From Octopus vulgaris (lineage: Eukaryota): 64,000 nucleotides of DNA. The notes under the pieces are model-generated. The model saw only the letters and a list, made by a program, of their open reading frames with translations, was not told the DNA's origin and made no database searches. The stretch lies in contig OX597826.1 of NCBI GenBank assembly GCA_951406725.2, forward strand, positions 1,860,001 to 1,924,000, read 5' to 3'. Of the stretch, positions 54,191 through 64,000 are shown in pieces (the stretch's first letter is position 1; each line of letters opens with the position of its first letter). A program made the position numbers and the translations under genes.

Positions 54191-54950
54191 TCATTATTCA
54201 GTTTTATTTCAAGATTTCTTGCCAACAGAGAAAGAGTCGGTTTCTAACCTAGATCCAAGATTCCTTCATTGGAATTTCAACAACAATCAACAAGGCATTT
54301 GTGCATGTATGTGTGTGTATATGTGCAGTATTTGGAGTAAGTTAATGTGCAGATTAGTATGTTTTGTTTTATGTATGTATTCTCATGCATATAGTTGCAT
54401 GTCTCGACATGCACATATAATAAATGCGCCCTTTTTAAAGCCTAGCCAGGTTCATGGGCCCGCTTTCCGGTTTTTGTGGCGTATATGTTCCCCAGCTGGA
54501 GGGGACGCCAGTCCATTGCAGCGTTACTCATTTTTGCCAGCTGAGTGGACTGGAGCAACGTGAAATGATGTGTTTTGCTCAAAAACACAACGCGTCGCCC
54601 GTTCCAGGAATCGAAATCATAATCTTACGATCATGGTGCTGAAACCCGAACCACTAAGCCACGCGCCTCCAACATGCCCATATATACTTAGATAATAAAC
54701 TTCTAGTAAGTTTTACAGAAATTTACAGTTCCAGCGGTGGCTTGGATCTGTAGCCTTTGAATAAGCTTTCTCCTTTCTGGTCTTGAGAAGCTTAATTTCT
54801 GCAGAGTAGTACTTGGGCAGTGTTACATATCCTAGTGCCTCCGGTAATTACAGGTATAAACCTGTAATCTGGATAGAGTAACTGTAGATTTCTCAATTGT
54901 TAAGCACAGGTATTTTCTTTTTCGTTGATCTTTCGCTTTATGTTAACATC
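54191..54950 (-). mobile_element. R4/Dong-like (RLE) LINE 3' fragment containing a SINE insertion
   Basis: Minus-strand frames EKENT..LRNLQLLYPDYRFIPVI...KFII* match an RLE C-terminus. The 3' UTR ends GAAATAAAACTGAATAATG. Confidence 0.75.
54420..54671 (-). mobile_element. tRNA-derived SINE with a TSD
   Basis: Head GGAGGCGCGTGGCTTAGTGGTT. TSD ACATGC(A/C)CATATA at 54407-54419 and 54672-54684. Confidence 0.88.
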
Positions 54951-54955
54951 TACGC

Positions 54956-55170
54956 ATGTATGTATGTATGTATGTATGTATGTATGTATGTATGTATGTA
55001 TGTATGTATGTATGCATGTATGTATGTATGTATGTATGTATGCATGTATGTATGTATGTATGTATGTATGTATGTATGTATGTATGTATGTATGTATGTA
55101 TGTGTGTATGCATGTATGTATGTATGTATGTATGTATGTATGTATGTATGTATGTATGTATGTATGTATG
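54956..55170. repeat. (TATG)n microsatellite
   Basis: Direct reading. Confidence 0.95.
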
Positions 55171-55799
55171 TGTGCAGTGGCGCAGCCATGGCTGTGTGGT
55201 TAAGAAGCACGCTTTGCAATCACGTTGTTCCGCGTTCAGTTCCACTGTGTGGCATCTGGGGCAAGTGTTTTTTTAATATAGCTGAGCCAACCAATTCCTT
55301 GCGAGTGAATTTGGTAGACAGAATCTATATGCGTGTCTGTCATACACTCTCACACACACACACACGCACGCACACACACATACTATATGTATATTCATAT
55401 ATATATAATCCAAATAAGCAACAAGAATAACTTCAGTAATTTGGTACGATCGTTTCACACTGCATCATTTTATTAAATATCGTAAGTATTACAACAGTTT
55501 TAAAATGTTGAGCAATCATCAGCCATTTATAGAGGTTTTCCATTAATACATAATTTTCATATTAATTGATAACATTATAGAGGAGGTAGATATATAGACA
55601 AAGATGTCGATTGAAATTTTAAGAACATTTGAGGTAGTGGAGCTTATCTTCTAACGATCGTACCAAATTACCGAAGTTATTCTTGTTGCTTATTTTGATT
55701 ATAATCATCCCATGGATTTATACGGATAACACCATACGTAATTCTGGTGCATCTAACTTAAGTACCATATTCATTTGAATCTAAATTTTGCTGAACTTT

Positions 55800-55854
<55 letters not shown>

Positions 55855-56033
55855 TATATATATTTATGTATATATGTATGTGTGTAGCCATGTATCCATG
55901 TTTGTATAGATGAATGGAGGCATAATCATACTTATATGAACGTCGATATTTTGAGGTATGTTGGTATGTATATTGGTATATCGATATATCGGCATGTGTA
56001 TATGCATGAATGTGTATATATAAATATACATAG

Positions 56034-56067
<34 letters not shown>

Positions 56068-56371
56068 GTATATATGTATATGAATATATATACATACACA
56101 CACACATATATATATCACATGATCGGGTGACCAACCAAGCTATCAGATGTTACATATCGCTGGTCACAATGCACTTTTCCATTCTTTTAGGCTTCAAATG
56201 CTACCACTCCCCTGTTTTCTGTCCAGAATCTCAAATAAGGAAACCCAAGAATATTTCACAAATTTTCACTGTTCCTCTCATCTATTTTTTGGTGGGAATG
56301 CGAAACAGCCTTCTCTGGTCCTTGTAGAACTCCCGTGTTTGTGCTTTCTTATCTGTTGTTCTATTCCTTTA

Positions 56372-56746
56372 TTCTTTTACCTGTTTCAGTCATTTGACTG
56401 CGGCCATGCTGGTGCATCAACTTTTAGTCGTACAAATCGACCCCAGGACTTATTCTTTTTCTATCGGTTTCCTTTTGCCGAACCGCTAAGTTACGGGGAC
56501 GCAAACACACCAGTATCGCACGTCAAGCGATGTTGGAGGTGGGGTGACAAACACAGACAGACAAACATACGCACACACACATATATACATATATACAACG
56601 GGCTTCTTTCAGTTTCCGTCTACCAAATCCACTCACAAGGCATTGGTCGACCTGAGGCTATAGTAGACACCTGCCTAAGGTATCACGCAGTGAGACTGAA
56701 CCAGGAACCATGTGGCTGGTAAGCAAGCTACTTACCACACAGCCAC
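56372..56746 (-). mobile_element. SINE family A
   Basis: Reverse complement of the family consensus. Confidence 0.88.
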
Positions 56747-56827
56747 ATGCGTATGTCTATCTGTCTGTCTGTCTGTCTGTCTGTCTGCCTGTCTATCAGT
56801 ATGTATATATGTAGTTAAACTTGAACT

Positions 56828-57230
56828 TTCGCTGTTTACAGCAGTGCTTGGAAGGAAAGTGCGTAGCGTGTGGTCATCGCATTAACCATAATGGACTGAA
56901 CTAAACCGTAACTAATCCGTCCACCCTTTCTTAACTTACAGATGGGGATTCAACAGTTTCCCATCACAGTTTCATGCACATCTGCGATGTTTTTCTCAGT
57001 TCTGCTGGTTGCGGTTCTCTCAGAACGTTCGTCAATATCAACATTTTCGGCCATTTTGGAAACGTCTGAATCCCTTGTACTCTTGTGTGCAGCTCATACA
57101 CTCCTCTCCATACACTTTCTGCAACCTTGCATAGGCCTCTGAGCAGGTATCACAACTTTCTCTGTCATGGTCAATGCGACGATCATACGCTACACACCTT
57201 CCTACCAAGCACTACTGTAAACAGCAGAAG
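56828..57230. mobile_element. foldback/MITE-like element with ~63-bp imperfect inverted arms
   Basis: GCTGTTTACAGCAGTGCTTGG...GCATTAACCAT versus ATGGTCAATGCG...CCAAGCACTACTGTAAACAGC. Confidence 0.65.
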
Positions 57231-57349
57231 TGAGTCAGAACGTCGAAACTTAGTGTGTATGCACAGCGGACTTTAAGGTCAATCTGTGCCAACTAGCTTC
57301 ACTCTACGTGCTTTAGCTTCGTTACTATGGCTTATTGATCAGAGCTCGT

Positions 57350-57738
57350 ACCTAAATGATAAACTTCTGGAAAGTTTTACAGCTGTTACATTGATGGATT
57401 GGATCTGTAGTCTTCGAATCTGCATTCTCCTTCCTAGTTTCGAGAAGCCTAATTTCTCAAGATTAGTATTTGGGCAGTGTGTTACATATCACAGTACCCA
57501 ACAATTACTGGTATAAACCTAAACTGGTAATCTGGATAGAGTAGCTGTAGGTTCCTCAATGAGTGGCTGTGTGGTAGGCGCAGTAGTGGCTGTGTGGTAA
57601 GTAGCTTGCTTACCAACCACATGGTTCCGAGTTCAGTCCCACTGCGTGGCACCTTGGGCAAGTGTATTCTACTATAGCCTCGGGAGGACCAAAGCATTGT
57701 GAGCGGATTTGGTAGATGGAAACTGAAAGAAGCCCATC

Positions 57739-57796
<58 letters not shown>

Positions 57797-58031
57797 CTGT
57801 TTTTTTAAACAGTATTAATAGCGTTCTGTCTATCGCTATACGAATCCATCATTTTTTGCTAAAATGTCGTATTGACAAGTTTCGTTTTTTCACTTTCCCG
57901 AAGAGAAGATTGCATTGTTTATACCTTTTATTCTTTTGAATAAGTATCAGTGGAATTTTTGAAACATATGTAGAAAGTAAAAATACTTGTTTAAACCTGC
58001 GTTAACTCCATTTTTTATTCATATATATATT

Positions 58032-58064
<33 letters not shown>

Positions 58065-58458
58065 GTATGTGTGTGTATATGTTTGTGTGTCTGTGTTTGT
58101 CCCCCAACATCGCTTGACAACCGGTTCGGCAAAAGGAGGCCGACAGAATAAGTAGTAGGCTTCCAAAGAATAAGTCCTGGGCTCGATTTGCTCGACTAAA
58201 GGCGGTGCTCCAGCATGGCCGCAGTCAAATGACTGAAGCAAATAAAAGAGTAAAAAAGTAATTCAGCGAAGGAATTTTCTTTTTCGCTGATCTTTAGTTT
58301 TATGTTCACTTCCGCCGGGCAGCAGATTTTCACACCTATACACAGTTTCTATTCTCTGTCCCAAATTACCATGTCGGATCTATTGTGCTTACATTTTACG
58401 GAGGTTTTCACTGGGACATTCCACCAGTACTCCTTTTTATTATGAATGACTATGGCTG
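57350..58458 (-). mobile_element. R4/Dong-like LINE endonuclease fragment interrupted by SINE family A (57576-58258)
   Basis: 58270-58455 encodes KKEYWWNVPVKTSVKCKHNRSDMVIWDRE*KLCIGVKICCPAEVNIKLKISEKEN (the HNRPD..E.K RLE motif). It resumes at 57560 with LRNLQLLYPDYQFRFIPVIVG. Confidence 0.8.
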
Positions 58459-58949
58459 CTTATGTATGTATGTATGTATGTATGTATGTATGTATGTATA
58501 CGGAACAATGCGTACATGCAGATTATACATATGTAGGTATATATGTATAAGCACCTGCATAGATAATATGTATGAATATATAGACAGCTATACCTTTATA
58601 GCTATGCATGACCGACACTTTAGATACACTTTTTCACGTGAACACACACATATGTTGAAACTCACACACAGATGTACACAACAAACACACACACACACCA
58701 CACACTGATGAGCACTCTCGCACTTATTCCACTCTCATGGCTTTTGAACGAAATGGGAAGGGAGCACACAAAACACTGTGCAGACTATATTATTTATTTA
58801 TTTGTATTAAATATTCATTTTCGTGCGACTGGAGTTTTACGCCTTTGCAATCATTCCCGAAGATCTCAGAAGCCTGAAACACGCGTGGCAAGGAAAGGAA
58901 GTCGTGCGGTGAGGAAGTGCACATGTTGAACATTATATTGAACATTATA

Positions 58950-59280
58950 GGCGTAGGAGTGGCTGTGTGGTAAGTATCTTGCTAACGAACCACATGGTTC
59001 CGGGTTCAGTCCCACTGCGTGGCACCTCGGGCCGACCAAAGCCCGCCGTATATATGTATATATATGTGTGTGTGTTTGTGTTTGTGTTTGTGTGTCTGTG
59101 TGACAACCGATGCTGGTGTGTTTACGTCCCCCTAACTTAGCGGTTCGGCAAAATAGACCGATAGAATAAATACTAGGCTTACAAAGAATAAGTTGTGGGA
59201 TCGATTTGCTCGATTAAAGGCGGTGCTCCAGCATGGCTACAGTGACATGACTAAAACAAGTAAAAGAGAGAGTAAAGAGT
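58950..59280 (+). mobile_element. SINE family A (internal deletions)
   Basis: Consensus match. Confidence 0.88.
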
Positions 59281-59334
59281 ATACAAACGCATACGCGCGC
59301 GCGCGCACACACACGGGTACTCAGTCGGTTGCAA

Positions 59335-59630
59335 TGACTAATGGTCTCGCTGATTCGACCCAGGGAACATACTGCTGGTGAAATGAACCTGCAAGTGGAT
59401 GAGCACTTCACAGACTCACGTAACGTTGACCTAGTTTCCAGGGAGATTCGGTGAGATACAGAATGTGATAAAGCTGGCCTCTTCGAAATACACGTGCTGC
59501 TCATTTTTGCCAGCTGAGTGAACTGGAGCAACGTGAAATACAGTGTTTTGCTCAAGGACACAACGCCCCGCCGGGTATCGAACTCTCGACCTTAATATCG
59601 TGAACTGAATACACTAACCACTAAGCCATG
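59335..59630 (-). mobile_element. SINE family D variant
   Basis: Reverse complement of 16905-17222. Confidence 0.8.
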
Positions 59631-59633
59631 CAC

Positions 59634-59866
<233 letters not shown>

Positions 59867-60586
59867 TTTCTTTCTATGTATGTATGTATGTATGTATCTA
59901 TATATCTATCTATCTGTCTATCTGTCTGCCTTCCTGTCTGTCTATTTGCACATTCATATATACATAATTACTAGAAGCAATTAAGCCAACACAAGAAACA
60001 GTTACAATAACAACGTCAATAACAACAGGAAAAACACTGAGCAGACACTTTCTTTTATAAAATAGAAATCTCTGACTTTATGTCTTACCTGATATTTCAA
60101 ATAATCATTCTTCCCTTTCTTAAAAGACGCCCTTTATTCCGTATAAATAGAAATATTATTTCCTGAAAATAGTAGCCAACATGTACCCCTACCGTATGAG
60201 CGCAAGCGGCTAAAGGCACACAAACTATCAATTGCACACCTTGCTTTGAATATGATATAATTGACAGGGATGTATAAGATTAATCCCACATGGATATTCC
60301 AGTACTTGGTATCAAAATGTATTGAAGAACCTACTTTAAAAGTTGCTATGCTGATCGACAGCGAAACCGGTAAGTAAAATGTGAGTTTCCTTGTTCTAGA
60401 AAATCTCTTTGATTTACCAAAACTTCTATTTGGTGCAGTAAAATTTTATTAAGTAAAATTTTTTGTACGAAACTTGTTTCTGATACAAAATCTTTTAAGT
60501 AACGTGATTTTCTTATTTGCTTTTGTGTGTATAAAACTCACCTTGTGTGTGTGTGTGTGTGTGTGTGTACGTGTGTATACATATAT

Positions 60587-60621
<35 letters not shown>

Positions 60622-60770
60622 CATTCATACATACATATATGTATACACACACACATATATATATGCACTACATGATAGAAATATTCACTTCGTATTGTAA
60701 AAAATAAACTTGTTTTCATACACACACACAAATATACAGATGCATTCACACGCACACATATACATATATG

Positions 60771-60887
<117 letters not shown>

Positions 60888-61777
60888 TTTTTTCGAGCAT
60901 CAACACACACGTACATACACACTCACGCAGAAACGCATACACATTGACACAGGTGTGTGTATGTGTACATGTATAAACCTATAGCCTCCCTATTTGGTTA
61001 AACTTTTTAAATTATGGCAAAGCCGCTCCAAGGGGACATGGAATTTTGCCAAGTGTACTGAATGAAAATTTTTCTCTTAATATATAATTTTCAAATAGAA
61101 GAAGTATAGACAGTCATTCACCCCAATGCTCGTTTTTAGATATGTTATATATTTGTACTTCGTTTGTTTACTTAGTACAAATAGAAAAGAAAATAGGATA
61201 TATATGATACATATAAGAACAAACTGAATTAAATACACAGATACATGCAGTTGCTAAATGAAAGAAGAGAGAAAACATCGATCTATATAGCACAAAAAAC
61301 AAAACAACGAAAACAGCAAGAATGACTCTTTTGTAGGTGTTTCTCTCTCTAAAGACGCGTGTTAGTCATTGTTTACCCGCAAGGGAGAAACAGCATGGTA
61401 GCCGCGTGTCACCTAGGCATGTGCCTCTTTCCTTGAGGAATTAATCTTAGAATGGGCAAGGAGGAACGTGACCTGTTTCTGCTTCACGAATGAGCTCGGG
61501 GTGGAGGTTTTCTTGTTGCCCTAAAATTACAGATGAAGGAAGTTCTAAATAATGTATGGACAACATTATTTTCTGTTAATCAGGAGAAGGCATATGGGAG
61601 TGGGCACAAAGGTATATGGGAAGGACGAAGCAAGAAAAGAAGCTGAGGTGATGCATCACTAACACACACATACACACACACGCATGCGCGAGCACACCTG
61701 CTCCTAAGCTGATGCTCCCGTGTATGGGACGAAGGAACAGGTAAGTCTCGGCGGAAAATATTGTAAATGAAATAAAA

Positions 61778-62010
61778 GGCGGCGAGATGGCAGAAACGTT
61801 GGCACGCCGGGCGAAATGCTTAGCGGTATTTCGTCTGCCGTTACGTTCTGAGTTCAAATTCCGCCGAGGTCGACTTTGCCTTTCATCCTTTCGGGGTCGA
61901 TAAATTAAGTACCAGTTACGCACTGGGGTCGATGTAATCGACTTAATCCCTTTGTCTGTCCTTGTTTGACCCCTCTGTGTTTGGCCCCTTCTGGGCCATA
62001 AAGAAATAAG
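61778..62010 (+). mobile_element. SINE family B, full-length, tail 1, with a TSD
   Basis: Runs from head GGCGGCGAGATGGCAGAAACG to tail CCCCTTCTGGGCCATAAAGAAATAAG. The flanking duplication (GG)AAAATATTGTAAATGAA lies at ~61753-61771 and ~62017-62035. Confidence 0.92.
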
Positions 62011-62579
62011 AAATAAGGAAAATATTGTAAATGAAGTCGGTCCTTCACTTGTTAGATTTGCACGAGTCGGCTTTCCTTGCGCCAAATTTTAATGTCAACA
62101 CCTCGGTAAGTCATCATTAATCTCACTCTGCATTGCAAAACAACCAGGGTATGGCCAGGGTTATCTTTCCCTCTTTTACATGAGTCCCTTGGTTTCTCTT
62201 AACTTTTTCTAGATTCTCCTCTAACCTGTAGCGAAGGCGCGTGGATTAGTCGTTAGGGCGATGCACTCACGATCGGAAGATCGGGGTTTCGTTTCCTGAA
62301 CCAGGCCTTGCATCGTGTTCTTGAACAAAACACTTCGTTTGACGACGCTTCACTTCTCTCAGCTGTAAATCGATAACCCTGCAATGGACTGGTAACACGT
62401 TTAGTGAAAAATGTTGTGATCTCGGCCAGGTATACACCATGGAAATTAGGTAATCGGCATATGGGTTCTAGGGCTCTGCACGGTAATGTCTAAGGGACTT
62501 ACTTACTCTAATCTGCAACCACACGAACGACTATATCAGTAAGAAAGCAGAAACACAATAACCACACCAAAAACACCAG

Positions 62580-63008
62580 GCCCAGGAGTGGCTGTGTGGT
62601 AAGAAGCTTGCTTACCAACAACATGGTTCCGGGTTCAGTCCCACTGCGTGGCACCTTAGGGAGGTGTCTTCTATTATAGCCTCGGGCCGACCAAAGCCTT
62701 GTGAGTGGATTTGGTAGACGGAAACTGAAAGAAGCCCATCATATATATATATATATATATATATACACACGCACACACACACACACGCATATGTGTGTGT
62801 GTGTGTATGTTTGTGTGTCTGTTTGTCCCCCACCATCGCTTGACAACCGATGCTGGTGTGTTTACGTTCCCGTAACTTAGCGGTTCGGCAAAAGACACTG
62901 ATAGTATAAGTACTAGGCTTACAAAGAATAAGTGCTGGGGTCGATTTGTTCGACTGAAGGCGGTGCTCCAGCATGGCCGCAGTCAACTGACTGAAACAAA
63001 TAAAAGAA
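62580..63008 (+). mobile_element. SINE family A
   Basis: Consensus match. Confidence 0.9.
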
Positions 63009-63627
63009 CAAAAACAATAAAAGAATATATAAGAAAAGCATCAACGTTAACAGTAACAGCAGCAATAACAACAACAACAACAACAATTACCACAACCACA
63101 GCAGTAGTGACATCAACAACAATTACATAATAGTGGTGAGCCAACCCGACTGCAGGCAACAGAGAAGGAACTAAAATGGACAGACAGCACACCTGTGGTT
63201 TTTGTTGAGAAGAGCTCGGGACAAGAGAATTAATAGCGAGGCTGACAGGACAGACAAATAGATGAACAGACAAGCAGAACGTGGGGAGATAGAGATAAAT
63301 GGCGTTTCTTCGTTTTAGAAAATAACTTACTACGAAAATAAAAAAATGAAAAATGAAAAAAAAAAAAACCCAATATAAAAAAAAATACGGAATATTTATT
63401 CGTAAATTTCCTGAAGAGAAATTTATGAAGGTGGAGGTTCATATTGTTGCTTATTTTTTCTAATAAGTTCTTTTGAAATAAGAAATGTCTTATTTCTGAC
63501 AATGGTGGCTTAATTAATATATTTTTTAAAAAAGAATGTAATTAGCAATGGTGTAGAAAAATGAAAACAGCTCTGCATGTGGAAGAGGGAGAGAGAAAGA
63601 GAGTCCGTGAGAAAGAAAGAGAGAGTG

Positions 63628-63672
<45 letters not shown>

Positions 63673-64000
63673 TAGATAGATGGATAGAGATAGAAATAGA
63701 GACAGATAAAGAGAGAAAGAGAGAGAGTGAGAGAGAAAATAAGACATGTAAACCGAAGCGATTATTGTGTGAGAGATGGCCAGAGTCAACGATGATCATG
63801 GTATAATAATTATTATTATAACTATTAGTAACAACAGCAAAAGTAGTTTTAGTTAAATCGTATAAGTTTTGCTAGTAAAAAAAAATGGTTTTATTTGGTT
63901 ACGCTATTTTGTCTTTGAAATATTCCCTTATCCACCGCCCTTCTGACAAATAACAAAATTATTATTATCATTATTATTATTATCATTATTATTATTATTA

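Noticed and set aside
61320-61745. Possible exons (donor-like ACAG|GTAAGT at 61740)
   Set aside because: No convincing acceptor plus open frame and no recognisable protein, so evidence is insufficient.

Overview
AT-rich eukaryotic intergenic or intronic DNA made almost entirely of microsatellites and transposon debris. The repeat repertoire suggests an octopus or another coleoid cephalopod (inference). No intact host protein-coding gene is recognisable, and nearly all listed ORFs are translated microsatellites. Identifiable content: (1) at least four families of tRNA-derived SINEs; (2) decayed Tc1/mariner elements (two maT/DD37D-like, one mariner, one MITE); (3) non-LTR retrotransposon fragments of the RTE, Tx1/L1, R4/Dong-like and HERO-like types; (4) a non-autonomous Helitron; (5) a tRNA-Asp pseudogene; (6) many Penelope-type termini with minimal type I hammerhead ribozymes and foldback arms. 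The best candidates for new biology: (a) a ~1.65-kb ORF1(gag)-only retroelement (26044-27686) that shares a 3' stem-loop/AATAAAGAAA tail with a Tx1-type LINE (12820-13565) and with an abundant SINE, suggesting a three-member LINE/half-LINE/SINE system; (b) a ~340-bp hammerhead-containing retrozyme-like family with three diverged copies; (c) LINEs that appear to target tetranucleotide microsatellites, a Tx1 in (TATC)n and an R4-like element in (CATA)n. Coordinates were read by eye, so element boundaries are approximate unless a motif is quoted.
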